64,000 bases of DNA from Candidatus Cloacimonadales bacterium. Lineage in GTDB: Bacteria > Cloacimonadota > Cloacimonadia > Cloacimonadales > JAIOQZ01. The notes beneath the pieces were generated by a model that worked only from the letters and a program-made list of their open reading frames with translations, searched no databases and was not told the DNA's origin. Shown one piece after another: positions 49,237 to 59,571 of the stretch. Each line of letters opens with the position of its first letter. The stretch's first letter is position 1. Where the stretch lies: contig OY762463.1 of the NCBI GenBank assembly GCA_963665815.1, forward strand, positions 126,737 through 190,736, given 5' to 3'. The translations under genes were made by a program, and so were the position numbers.

Positions 49237-50037
49237 TTATATTAAATCCGTATAAAATTCAGTTCTTCTATCCTCTAAAATATTATTACGAGGCGTAATG
49301 TATTTATTACAAGCAATTTCCGGTTCAATTTCTACAATATGCAATGTTTTTTTGTTCGTATCAGCTGAAGATAATTTTTTCCCAAGACTGTCAAGAATCT
49401 GTGATCCGCCAGTAAATGTCAGATCTTTTCCACTTTGTGATTCTGTACCAAAACGGTTACATGTTATGGAATAAACTCTGTTCTCAAGTGATCTTGCGAA
49501 CATTGCCTGTTGACACCACGGTAATACAAGATTGGCGGGATGACAGACAATCTGAGCTCCTTTGATTGCTAAACTGCGCATTGCTTCGGGAAACATCCAG
49601 TCAAAGCAGATCATCATACCTATTTTAATTCCGTTTTTTGCTGTGAAAACGTTAAAACCAGTATCACCAGGTTTAAACCAGTTCTTTTCATTCAGAAAAA
49701 GATGTGTTTTTCTGTAAATGTGTGATGTTGAATCTGGATTAACAAGCATTGCAGAGTTATATATGCCTGAATCGACTTTTTCTGCAAAACCGAACACTAT
49801 GCTGCAATTGAGCTTTTGAGAGAGTTCTTTGAAGAAAACTGCTGATAATCCATTCTCTGGATCTTCTGCAGCAATTTCAACTTCAGCCTGATTCTGAAAG
49901 TCATATCCAGAAAGACATAACTCAGGCAGAACAATAAGGTCAGCTTCAGCGTCATTCAAATCTTTTTCTATGTTATGCATATTTTTTTCAATATCAAGAT
50001 AAAGTGGATTAAATTGATAATACCCTACTCTATACAT
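49237..50037 (-). CDS. Carbon-nitrogen hydrolase (nitrilase superfamily)
   Basis: E-K-C triad in LPEL, YRKTHL and ICFDW.FPE. The ATG at 50037 overlaps the end of gmhA. Confidence 0.9.
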   Translation of the reverse strand: MYRVGYYQFNPLYLDIEKNMHNIEKDLNDAEADLIVLPELCLSGYDFQNQAEVEIAAEDPENGLSAVFFKELSQKLNCSIVFGFAEKVDSGIYNSAMLVNPDSTSHIYRKTHLFLNEKNWFKPGDTGFNVFTAKNGIKIGMMICFDWMFPEAMRSLAIKGAQIVCHPANLVLPWCQQAMFARSLENRVYSITCNRFGTESQSGKDLTFTGGSQILDSLGKKLSSADTNKKTLHIVEIEPEIACNKYITPRNNILEDRRTEFYTDLI

Positions 50038-50638
50038 CTGTTTTCTCCATGTAGTTTTCAGGGAATAGAATACGTTCAGCTCCCTCAATAACGTTGTGGA
50101 GAATCAGCATATGTATTTCCTGAATACGTGCTGTATTATTGTGTTGGATATGGAATTCAATGTCGAATTTTGATTTTAGTTTTCCCCCGGATTTTCCAAT
50201 AAGTCCAATAGTCTTAATATTTTTTTTGTTTGCTTCTTCAAGAGCATTTACAATATTGGCTGAGTTACCGCTTGTTGAAATGAGTATTGCCACATCTCCT
50301 GGTTGACCAAAAGCTTCAATACCACGTCTGAAGACTTCTTCAAATCCGAAATCATTACCTACGCAGGTAAGATATGCACCATCTGTCAGACTGATAACAG
50401 GAAGAGCCTTTCTGTCTTTCTGATATCTTCCTGTAAACTCTTCGGCAAAATGAATCGCATCTGCAGCCGATCCACCGTTACCGGCAATAATAATTTTTTT
50501 ATCATTGTCAAAGGTTTCAGCAATCAGGTGTGATGCTGCACAGATCAAATCAATATTTGAATTGTCTGAAACAAAACTATTCAAAAGATTAGATGCTTCA
50601 TTAAGATTCTTTTTTATGTTGCTTTCTAAGCTATTCAT
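50030..50638 (-). CDS. gmhA: Sedoheptulose-7-phosphate isomerase
   Basis: GNGGSAADA.H.AEE, ND.G...F.R, STSGNS.N, RIQE.H. Confidence 0.95.
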   Translation of the reverse strand: MNSLESNIKKNLNEASNLLNSFVSDNSNIDLICAASHLIAETFDNDKKIIIAGNGGSAADAIHFAEEFTGRYQKDRKALPVISLTDGAYLTCVGNDFGFEEVFRRGIEAFGQPGDVAILISTSGNSANIVNALEEANKKNIKTIGLIGKSGGKLKSKFDIEFHIQHNNTARIQEIHMLILHNVIEGAERILFPENYMEKTDV

Positions 50639-50731
50639 ATATGATTTTCCTCATTTACTAAAAAAAACACATTAGACAAGATAGTCAAAATATATTTTTT
50701 AAATCTTAAATAAAGAACAGGAAATGTATCC

Positions 50732-53700
50732 TTAAAATTCTGCCCTCAGCTCAATCTGAAATTTCATTACATTTTTCTCCTGTGGATACTTTACTGTACT
50801 GAAATCAAAATTTACTACTGTATATTTGTTAATTTTATAAGTTGATGAAATTGAAGATTTCGTTGTTAATCCGTCCCTTTTGCTTTCAAGAGTTCCCAGA
50901 AAATCAGAACCGGTTTTTACATTCTTCTGAACTTCAACCTGGGCAAAAATTCTTGATTTAGAATTCATGAAGAAAGATGCTCTTTCCCTCACTTTATATA
51001 TATTCATTTCATAACTGTCTTCATCAATTCCGGAACGAGTGTTTTCCGCTATAAATTCTCCTTCTGATTGCAGAGTGAATTTACGGGTGAACTTCGTTCG
51101 AACTTCCAGATTAATTGAATTGTAGTCGCTCCTTGAGTTGTATTGACTTGTATTCTCTGTCTCATGGGAAAATTTCACTTCAATATTGTTTTTTCTGATA
51201 TTATAAAATTGTAATCCGGCTTCAAAGAGTCTTGTCTCATCATGCTCAAGAACAATGTACCGCAAGTCAAAACTTTCAGTAAAGTCAGTCTTTAGGTTAA
51301 CAGCGATTTTCCTCGGAACAATGTTAAACCATAATGAATTTTTGAAATTCCGTCTTCCGTATGTTGTATATTCTTCATCGAATGTCACATCTGGGTGGAA
51401 TGTGTATATTTTCCATTTGTCTGTACCTTTGTTATTCTCAATCAACTGGACTGAAGAGTCAAACTGAAATTTATCCCATATGTTTTTTCCCTGATCAAAT
51501 CGTCCCGGGAAAAGAGATACATTTGATTGAGCTGAAACTTCTATACTTAACTCGGATTCACCGGTTTTCTTGAATTCATAGTCCCAGCTTCCTCCTAAAC
51601 TGTCATTCCCCTCTTTGTCGTAATATCCATTATCAGGACCAACATAAACAAGCTCCTTAACTCTTGGATAAAACTCCAGATTTTCAAGATTGTACTGGTA
51701 GGTCCAATGTACAGCTTCTTTATAAAACTTGTGTCTTCCTGAAAATTCAGCTGAATTGAAATCATTATCATCCTGCGTTCCGAAATACTTTATTTTTCTA
51801 TGAGTGAATTTGCTTGAGAACTGATGATTCCCTTTATTGATGTAATTTTTGACAGTGTAAGTTAATCCGTCCTGAACGTGTTCCCATTTTTTATTATAAT
51901 TGTACTTCTGCTCGTTAGACAATTCTGTTTCAAATGCTAACGATTTGATGTTTATACTCTCAATTCGATAAGTATTCTCTTTAATTCTGAATCCTGTCTC
52001 TGAATTACCTGATTCCCTGCTTGTTCTCTGATCGTACAAACTTGATAGCTTTATCTTTTTGTACTTATATGCTCCTGATCCATAAATCTGATCATAATCT
52101 GTTTTTCTGTTTAAAGTATTGTCATCCTCAATCTGCTGTTCAAACTTTACCTGTGTTTCAGGGAAATATTTTTTTTGCTTTGTGTCATTTGAAACAACAT
52201 ACCTGTTGAATTTATAGACCGATCCCGATCTTCTGATATCACTTTCAAAGCCAGGAGTAGTAAAATCATAGAAATTTGTATTGATAGATGTGAAATACTG
52301 ATGAATATTCAGACTGTCATTACCGGTTGCTCCTGATTTATAGACTGATTCTGCGGATTCGTTCTCAGAGAATGTTTCCAGCTTTTTACCCATGAATCTG
52401 TGTCGCAGTACAAGATCGGGAGAAATTTTATCAAAATCAGGTTTGTAGCGTAGTTTGGAAACCGCAGCGAAAGCACTGTTGTCAGAGTCATTTTTCCCGG
52501 AAAAGAGGTTTTTGTCATAATATGTGTTAAGAAGCTCTGTTGAGAGTTCCAGACCATCTGACTGATACTTCAGTAATATATCTATGTTTCGCTTTTCCTC
52601 CGGAGCAGGAAGAATTTTTCCGGGAGTATAGGTCCCATTTCCTTTACCGACAAACTGATAATATCCTGAACCATAATAATTGTAATCACCGTCAGTTGTC
52701 TGAATAAATTCGATATTGAAATTTCCTGTAGAGTCATTTCCAACATACCGATAGTGATTTTCTAATGCATCAATTAAAATATATTTCCCATTTCCCGGTT
52801 CTGTTTCTGTTATGCCACTTCCTATTACTTCATTGTCACCGGCTTCATTCAGTATCTGCTTGTCTTCATCTGAGAATGTCAGTTCTATCGGGTAATCCTT
52901 GTTGTCTTTTCGAGATATTAAAGCTGTTGAGATAGATAACTTATCAGTAAAATGATATTCTGACGATGTGAGATACATGTTTTTTCTGTAATTCTCATCA
53001 CTGTATTGGAAATCGATTTGAATAAAAGAAGTCCCTGTTATTATCTGTTCAGAAGTAAACGTTATACTTCCTCCCTCATAATCAATATAATAATCATCTC
53101 CACGAAAAACCTTGTTACCATTGAGATAAACTGTTTCGGTCCCGGCAACAATCTGTATGTCTCTTGAGTCAACCTGTACAAAGTAAGGTCCCTGTTTCCC
53201 TTCCTGACCATCAAAATTCACTGATGCTTCTCGAGCTTTGGTCACTGCAATAGCAGCTGAAATATCATTTTTTAAACCATATTTGAATCGCAAACCTTCG
53301 AATTCCGGTCTGAAATTCATATATTCGGATTCATAAAACTCAAAATCAAGATCTCCAAAAGCAAGTTCATATTGCTTACCAAAAATTTTAATATATACTT
53401 GGTCCAGAGTACTGAGTTCTTTCGTATCACCTTCGGGTGTTATCGGAGACTCATTATCTGAGAGCTGTGCTTCGACCATCATATTGTCCGAAAGTTCTCC
53501 ATTCATTTTAACATATAATGACTGATTAACACGTAAATTCTGATTACTTCCGAGAGAAAAGGAAATTGATTTGGATCCGTTAATCCTTAGCTTTTTGTTA
53601 TCCTTGAAGTTAAAGATTTTCTGAGGTCTGAACTCCACATTCTGAGAATCTGAAACAACCTGTTCTTTGAAGTAAAAATAATGCTCATAGTAATTTTCAG

Positions 53701-53998
53701 GGAGTTTGACATATTCTGCAATCACAACCTGTATTGAATCCGGTTTACAATGGAATGAACCTGAATCCGGGAATATCTCAAGATCTGGGATTAAGACAAT
53801 GGTTGAATCCTTGCGGGATTTGAATATCAGACTTCCTGAGACTATTTTATCATGTTTAAGTTTGTACTTTTGAGTATTGGGATAAAGAGTAAAAGTTTCT
53901 CTGAAATGTACAGGAGATACGAAATTTCTGGCTAACAAGATATTTGATGCTATCAGGAGAGCAAAAGCCAGAAAGAACATTTTTTTTTTATTCAACAA
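50732..53998 (-). CDS. Large outer-membrane beta-barrel-type hypothetical protein
   Basis: Signal peptide, beta-strand-rich composition, C-terminal Phe (...IELRAEF), E.VYLNG....RG.DY.IDY..G.I.F motif. Confidence 0.7.
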   Translation of the reverse strand: MLNKKKMFFLAFALLIASNILLARNFVSPVHFRETFTLYPNTQKYKLKHDKIVSGSLIFKSRKDSTIVLIPDLEIFPDSGSFHCKPDSIQVVIAEYVKLPENYYEHYFYFKEQVVSDSQNVEFRPQKIFNFKDNKKLRINGSKSISFSLGSNQNLRVNQSLYVKMNGELSDNMMVEAQLSDNESPITPEGDTKELSTLDQVYIKIFGKQYELAFGDLDFEFYESEYMNFRPEFEGLRFKYGLKNDISAAIAVTKAREASVNFDGQEGKQGPYFVQVDSRDIQIVAGTETVYLNGNKVFRGDDYYIDYEGGSITFTSEQIITGTSFIQIDFQYSDENYRKNMYLTSSEYHFTDKLSISTALISRKDNKDYPIELTFSDEDKQILNEAGDNEVIGSGITETEPGNGKYILIDALENHYRYVGNDSTGNFNIEFIQTTDGDYNYYGSGYYQFVGKGNGTYTPGKILPAPEEKRNIDILLKYQSDGLELSTELLNTYYDKNLFSGKNDSDNSAFAAVSKLRYKPDFDKISPDLVLRHRFMGKKLETFSENESAESVYKSGATGNDSLNIHQYFTSINTNFYDFTTPGFESDIRRSGSVYKFNRYVVSNDTKQKKYFPETQVKFEQQIEDDNTLNRKTDYDQIYGSGAYKYKKIKLSSLYDQRTSRESGNSETGFRIKENTYRIESINIKSLAFETELSNEQKYNYNKKWEHVQDGLTYTVKNYINKGNHQFSSKFTHRKIKYFGTQDDNDFNSAEFSGRHKFYKEAVHWTYQYNLENLEFYPRVKELVYVGPDNGYYDKEGNDSLGGSWDYEFKKTGESELSIEVSAQSNVSLFPGRFDQGKNIWDKFQFDSSVQLIENNKGTDKWKIYTFHPDVTFDEEYTTYGRRNFKNSLWFNIVPRKIAVNLKTDFTESFDLRYIVLEHDETRLFEAGLQFYNIRKNNIEVKFSHETENTSQYNSRSDYNSINLEVRTKFTRKFTLQSEGEFIAENTRSGIDEDSYEMNIYKVRERASFFMNSKSRIFAQVEVQKNVKTGSDFLGTLESKRDGLTTKSSISSTYKINKYTVVNFDFSTVKYPQEKNVMKFQIELRAEF

Positions 53999-54410
53999 TG
54001 ATTTCCCGGTTATCTGAATCAGAGTTAAATCTGATATGTATAGTATTATAGGGGAGTATAAATTCAGCTAAATCAGGCCATTCTACAATGCATAAACCCG
54101 TTTCAAAAATCTCGTCAAGACCAAGTTCAAGCACTTCTTCAGGATCATTAAGTCTGTAAAGATCCAGATGGTGAACAACGAATTCTTTCCAGTTTTCATC
54201 CACACCATTATAATGATTCATAATTACAAAACTAGGACTGTTAACAATATCGTGTACTCCAAGTTTACACAATAATTTTTGAACAAAAAAAGTTTTACCA
54301 GCACCAAGGTTTCCATGCAGGGCAATAGCAGAATTTCTATTAATTTTTCCAATTACTTCATTAATAAAAATATTGTACTCTGATTCAGTATTTACTTGAT
54401 ATTTTTTCAT
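53988..54410 (-). CDS. tsaE: tRNA t6A biosynthesis ATPase
   Basis: GNLGAGKT, V.SPSF, HLDLYRL, VEWP. Confidence 0.95.
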   Translation of the reverse strand: MKKYQVNTESEYNIFINEVIGKINRNSAIALHGNLGAGKTFFVQKLLCKLGVHDIVNSPSFVIMNHYNGVDENWKEFVVHHLDLYRLNDPEEVLELGLDEIFETGLCIVEWPDLAEFILPYNTIHIRFNSDSDNREIIVE

Positions 54411-54476
54411 TTAAACTCCATGATAAAAAAAACAAAATATATTTTTTCTGTCAATTTCAAGTTTTTTTATTGCCAA

Positions 54477-54492
54477 TGGAACGATGTTTGCA
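54477..54492 (+). promoter_or_regulatory. Sigma54 (-24/-12) promoter candidate
   Basis: TGGAACGATGTTTGCA has exact GG-N10-GC spacing and one mismatch to TGGCACG-N4-TTGCA; it ends 34 nt before the ATG. Confidence 0.6.
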
Positions 54493-54526
54493 TAAGATTA
54501 ACATATATTTTCATTAGGGGGAAAAA

Positions 54527-56620
54527 ATGAAAAAATACTTCTATTTACTAATGTTGTGTCTATTTACACATTTACTAACAGCAAATGCAATTCTATTTCA
54601 TGAATCAAATCTGTTTCAGTTGATTGATTCTGATATTGATGTTGTAATTGATAATCAGGTTGCTATTGTAACCTCAACACAAAAATTCATTAACAATTCG
54701 AATTTAGGTCAGTATGCCAGAATGGGGTTTCCTATTCCTGAGGATGCCAGTGCAACTCAGTTAAGTTGGAAAATAAACAATGATTGGCAGCATGCTCAGT
54801 TTTCAGCAACGCCTCAGGATTCAATTATACCGGGTCCGGGCACGAATCATCCTTATGAGTATCAGATAAGAGCTTATCTTGGAGAAACACCATTGTACTT
54901 TTCTATTCCGGATGGTATTCCTGAGAATGATACGATTTGTGTTCAATTTACTTATGTGCAGCTATTGGAGTATGACCTGGGAACTGTGGATTTTCATTTT
55001 CCATCAGACTACACTGCTATTAATAATATCACCGGTCAATTTAATGTGGATCACGTTCATTTCAGGTGCGAAATTAACTCTGTTAGACAGATTGATCTTG
55101 CGTACTTAGCTGATCTTGTTCCTGATGTATCTTCAAATGACGGGCACCAGGCGATTATTGAATATGATGAAACATCGACTGCCATGGACTATGATTTTGA
55201 TGTGAATTACAGTCTGAATCTTGATCAGCTCGGTTTAAGTTCTATCAGTTCAATGTTCGATGAGGTTCCGGACAATCATGGAGATGGTTTTTTTCTCTTC
55301 CTCGCAGAACCTGAATCTGATACGCAGGCAATCATAAGGAAAAACCTTACACTTATAGTTGATAAATCGGGCTCTATGTCCGGGAACAAAATTGTTTATG
55401 CCAGACAGGCTGCAAGATACATTGCAGAAAACCTTAATGAACAGGATTACTTCAATATTATCACATTCTCGGATGTTGTCAGCAGTTTTCAACCTCAACA
55501 TGTTCAAGCTACACAGTCGAACATTTCAAGTGCTGTAAACTATATTACATCTGTTAATGCAAATGGAGGAACAAACATTTCTGCTGCTTTCAGTGCAGCT
55601 GTTCCACAATTTTCAAGTCTGGGAGACTCAACAGCAAATCTGATAGTTTTTCTTACTGACGGTATGGCAACTGTTGGCATAACAAACAATGTTTCTCTGA
55701 AAAATCATGTCAACGGCTTATTCAATCAACTGACATCAAGCGTAAGACTCTTTGCATTTGGAGTTGGAGCATCTGTAAACACTGATGTTTTGACTGCAAT
55801 ATCAAATGATAACAACGGGAGCTATTTTAACATTAATTCTTCTGAGATAGAGGAAACTCTTTCTGAGTTTTACAATAGAATCAGAAATCCTGTTATAATT
55901 AATCCTGTAATGACTTTTTCCGATTCAACAAATATTTCCGAAACTTATCCTAGGAATCTTATGAATCTGTATGTCGGGCAACAGCTTGTTGTTGTTGGTC
56001 GCTATGCAAATCCGTTAATGGAAAGTGTTAACTTTGCAGGTACCGCCGGTGGATCTGAGGTTTCTTACAATTATGATTTGAATTTTGCCGATTCAACAAT
56101 AACTCAATTCCAGTTTTTAACAAAGATATGGGCTAAGAGAAAAATTGAATATCTGATGACTCAATACTACTTATATAATGAAAATTCCCAGGAAGCAATG
56201 GAAATTGAAGATATGGTTGTTCAAATCAGTATAAGTTACGGAGTTCTTTCTCCTTTCACCAGCTTTTCTGATCCTGGAGATGATCCGGGAGATATTGGTA
56301 CTGATGATAATGATATTGTTCCTTATGTAGATCAGAAAGATTTTATCTTAAACGGGAACTATCCTAATCCATTTAATCCTGAAACAAATATCAGTTTCTC
56401 AGTGAACGCCGACTATAAAGGTCTTGTAAAAATTAAAATTTATAACCTTAAAGGTCAGTTAGTAAAGTTGCTTGCAGTTAAAGTTAATGGTATGGGAGAT
56501 TACTCAGTAGTCTGGAAAGGAACTGATCAGAAAGATAATAAAGTGGCATCAGGTATGTATATGTATATAGTGGACTTTGGCAAAGTGCAACTTCATTCAA
56601 AGATGCTGCTTCTGAAATAA
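54527..56620 (+). CDS. Secreted VIT + vWA domain protein with a FlgD/T9SS-like C-terminal domain
   Basis: Signal peptide, VIT-like N-terminus, MIDAS motif DKSGSM, GGTN, FLTDG, WA..KI, YPNPFNPET...KMLLLK. Confidence 0.88.
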   Translation: MKKYFYLLMLCLFTHLLTANAILFHESNLFQLIDSDIDVVIDNQVAIVTSTQKFINNSNLGQYARMGFPIPEDASATQLSWKINNDWQHAQFSATPQDSIIPGPGTNHPYEYQIRAYLGETPLYFSIPDGIPENDTICVQFTYVQLLEYDLGTVDFHFPSDYTAINNITGQFNVDHVHFRCEINSVRQIDLAYLADLVPDVSSNDGHQAIIEYDETSTAMDYDFDVNYSLNLDQLGLSSISSMFDEVPDNHGDGFFLFLAEPESDTQAIIRKNLTLIVDKSGSMSGNKIVYARQAARYIAENLNEQDYFNIITFSDVVSSFQPQHVQATQSNISSAVNYITSVNANGGTNISAAFSAAVPQFSSLGDSTANLIVFLTDGMATVGITNNVSLKNHVNGLFNQLTSSVRLFAFGVGASVNTDVLTAISNDNNGSYFNINSSEIEETLSEFYNRIRNPVIINPVMTFSDSTNISETYPRNLMNLYVGQQLVVVGRYANPLMESVNFAGTAGGSEVSYNYDLNFADSTITQFQFLTKIWAKRKIEYLMTQYYLYNENSQEAMEIEDMVVQISISYGVLSPFTSFSDPGDDPGDIGTDDNDIVPYVDQKDFILNGNYPNPFNPETNISFSVNADYKGLVKIKIYNLKGQLVKLLAVKVNGMGDYSVVWKGTDQKDNKVASGMYMYIVDFGKVQLHSKMLLLK

Positions 56621-56722
56621 AAAAATATCTACTCTTGTCAGTTGATAAAGATGACAAGTAAATAACAAAAGTTTTCAATAATTTGTTAATCTACTCTGGT
56701 AATAGTTATCTGAGGATAACAT

Positions 56723-56751
56723 AAGGGCTGTTGAATCTTCAACAGCCCGTT
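56723..56751. terminator. Hairpin / probable terminator between convergent genes
   Basis: GGGCTGTTGAA-TC-TTCAACAGCCC perfect inverted repeat. Confidence 0.65.
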
Positions 56752-56905
56752 CTTTGAATGAGAGTTGATTCTATTTTAGAATCCATTTGATTTTGAACAT
56801 TAAAATGACTATATATTGTGCATTCTCTTTTTATTTCTAAAATCTCATCGATATTTTTATACAAAAGCTGCATAATTTTGCTTTTATGCAAAGTTCTCAA
56901 CTATT

Positions 56906-58387
56906 CTATTCTGCTGTAACTGCTTCCATCCACCAGTTGATAGTATTGATGAGGTCTTTGTTATATCCTTTTTCTTCATATACAATATTACCTTTTGTAT
57001 CAATTAAACAGATATAAGGAATTCCGGTAAATCCATAGGATTCTGAAAGTTCGTCAACACCATAGAGAAGCTCCATGGAATATTGCTTTATCTTCATGAA
57101 TTCATCAACTGTATCTGGATTCTTTTCCCAGACATTCACTGAGAATACTCTGACATTATGTTTATTGTGTTTTTTATTCCACTCATCCAGTAAAGGCATT
57201 GTTTTCTGGCAAGGTCCACACCAGGTTGCCCAGAAATCAAGTATTACATATTGTCCTTTTAAATCTGACAGTTTTACCATTTCACCATTGATATTCTTGA
57301 GTTGGAATTCGGGTGCAGGTTTATTAAGTCTGGCAGCTTGAACAGCTTTTTTACGATCCTCTTCTTTAGCCTGCCATTGGTCATCTATCGCTTTGATAAT
57401 ATTGTTCCACTCAGCATGATCCTTAAGTAAATCAAAATCAGGATTGTCTTTTACATAATGAGAATCATCGAATCCATTCTGGGCAGCAAGAAACAGGTTT
57501 TCGACAGCTTTCTGAGCTTTATTAAGCTTAACATAACTTCTGGCAAGGTAATAGTATGTCTCAGGAGTCATCGGAGTGTCTTTGTCCTTTTTTACAAAAC
57601 CTATGTATTCCTTATATAGCTGATTATCATAGAAAAAGGCATGAAGATAATATACATAGAAATAATTCCGATTCTCTTCACTTAGTCTTTTATTTTCAAT
57701 TCTGCTGTCAGCTTCTTTTTTCAAGTATTTTTTGGCTTCATCGTAATTGCCTTTAAGTACTTCAAATTCACCAAGAGTCATGTTAGTGATCCAGCCATTT
57801 GTATCTTTATCAAGTGATTCCAGGTATTTTTCAGCTTTAGAAGTCTTATTGAGATATATGAGATATCTGAAATTAAATTCATGTGCGAACTGATCATCAG
57901 TACCTATTTTTTCAAACTTTCTTAAATACTTTTTATCTTTCTTAATGCTTTTCTTAAGCTCATCAATTGTATTCTGCTCGGTCTGTCTGTAGAAGAGAGA
58001 AGACATATATGTTGAAGCCATAAGTTTGTAACCGTCGATCCAGCTTTCATCCATTTTGATTAGTTTTCTACTGATCTTCAGTTTTTTCTCAGTGTCTTCT
58101 TCATATTTTGCATTTAAGTAGATGTATCTCTTACTTTCAGGGTTTTCCTGCAATTTTTCAGCAAGAAACTTTCTGCAATCATCCTCTTTCATCTGCATCC
58201 AATATCTTGTAACTCCACTCACAATGTTCATATCATCAGCATTTTCGATAAAATCAGAACAGATATCTTTTAATTTTGTTTTACTGCGGTATGTCCTTAG
58301 AGCTTCATTAAATCCATTAATAGTATATTCTGTACTTACCAGATTCATACAAACCGCAAGCAGAATCAACAACACAAATTTTCTCAT
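56906..58387 (-). CDS. Secreted TPR-like + TlpA/redoxin protein
   Basis: C-terminal APEF.L, LDFWATWCGPC, GIP; helical N-terminal part; signal peptide. Confidence 0.88.
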   Translation of the reverse strand: MRKFVLLILLAVCMNLVSTEYTINGFNEALRTYRSKTKLKDICSDFIENADDMNIVSGVTRYWMQMKEDDCRKFLAEKLQENPESKRYIYLNAKYEEDTEKKLKISRKLIKMDESWIDGYKLMASTYMSSLFYRQTEQNTIDELKKSIKKDKKYLRKFEKIGTDDQFAHEFNFRYLIYLNKTSKAEKYLESLDKDTNGWITNMTLGEFEVLKGNYDEAKKYLKKEADSRIENKRLSEENRNYFYVYYLHAFFYDNQLYKEYIGFVKKDKDTPMTPETYYYLARSYVKLNKAQKAVENLFLAAQNGFDDSHYVKDNPDFDLLKDHAEWNNIIKAIDDQWQAKEEDRKKAVQAARLNKPAPEFQLKNINGEMVKLSDLKGQYVILDFWATWCGPCQKTMPLLDEWNKKHNKHNVRVFSVNVWEKNPDTVDEFMKIKQYSMELLYGVDELSESYGFTGIPYICLIDTKGNIVYEEKGYNKDLINTINWWMEAVTAE

Positions 58388-58389
58388 AT

Positions 58390-59571
58390 TTACACCTTTG
58401 CTAAAGCGTTATTCAAATCATTAATTATGTCTTCGATGTCTTCTATACCTACAGAAAGTCTTACAAGTTCATCGGTAATACCGGCTTTCAACTTGTTTTC
58501 TGCTGAAACTTTTGAGTGAGTCATAGAGGCAGGATGTTGAATAAGGGTTTCTACTCCTCCCAGAGATACAGCTAATCCTGCAAGGTTTACATTATTCATA
58601 AGTGTTTTACCTGCTTCAAGTCCTCCTTTTACTCCAAAGCTTATCATTGCCCCAAAACCATTCATTTGTTTTTTGGCAAGTTCATGCTGTGGGTGGGACT
58701 TGAGCCCCGGATATGTGACCCAGGAAATTTTTTCATGGGATTCAAGGAACTCTGCAACTTTCATAGAGTTTTCCTGAGCTCTGTCTATTCTTATTGCAAG
58801 AGTTTTGACTCCACGAAGAACCATGTATGCTTGATGAGGATCGATATTCGGTCCCATATTTTTCATAACTGGTGCAAGTCTGTTAAAATGCTCTTTATTA
58901 CCGGCAATAATCATACCACCTACGATATCAGCGTGTCCATTAATGAACTTTGTCATTGAATGAAGTACAACATCTGCACCAAGTTTGAGCGGTTTCTGTA
59001 TATAAGGACTACTGAATGTGTTATCAACAACAAAAGTAAGGTTATTTTCCTTCGCAATTTCTGCACATGCAGCAATATCGGTGATAGCTATTGTAGGATT
59101 TGCCGGAGTTTCAACATATAGAAGCTTTGTGTTTTCTTTGATTGCTGCTTTAATCTCTTCAACATCTGATGTGTTTACAAAAGATGATTCAACTCCGAAT
59201 TTCTTAAAGATTGTTTCAAGTACTCCACGAGCAGGGCCATATACTGCATCGCTGCTGATAATATGTGCACCGGCTTCGAGGTATGTCATATAAACTGTTG
59301 TTACAGCCCCCATACCGGATGCTGTTGCGATACCGCCATATCCTTCTTCAAGATCTGTTATACAGTCTTCCAGAGCTTTTGTTGTAGGATTCCCCAATCT
59401 TGTGTAAATGTATCCGTCTGACTCTCCAGCAAAGCATGCTGCTCCATGGTCTGCACTGTCAAAGGCGAAAGTTGATGTCTGATAAATCGGTACTGAGACA
59501 CTGTTGAACTGATCTTTAAAAGCTCCTGAATGAATCAGTTTTGTGTCAAAATTCATTTTTTCATGTTTCAT
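58390..59571 (-). CDS. megL: Methionine gamma-lyase (Cys/Met metabolism PLP enzyme)
   Basis: PIYQTSTF, YIYTRLGNPT, SGMGA, ETPANP, DNTF, HSMTKFINGH.D, AVSLGG.ETLIQHPASMTH. Family is certain; exact specificity is inferred. Confidence 0.8.
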   Translation of the reverse strand: MKHEKMNFDTKLIHSGAFKDQFNSVSVPIYQTSTFAFDSADHGAACFAGESDGYIYTRLGNPTTKALEDCITDLEEGYGGIATASGMGAVTTVYMTYLEAGAHIISSDAVYGPARGVLETIFKKFGVESSFVNTSDVEEIKAAIKENTKLLYVETPANPTIAITDIAACAEIAKENNLTFVVDNTFSSPYIQKPLKLGADVVLHSMTKFINGHADIVGGMIIAGNKEHFNRLAPVMKNMGPNIDPHQAYMVLRGVKTLAIRIDRAQENSMKVAEFLESHEKISWVTYPGLKSHPQHELAKKQMNGFGAMISFGVKGGLEAGKTLMNNVNLAGLAVSLGGVETLIQHPASMTHSKVSAENKLKAGITDELVRLSVGIEDIEDIINDLNNALAKV

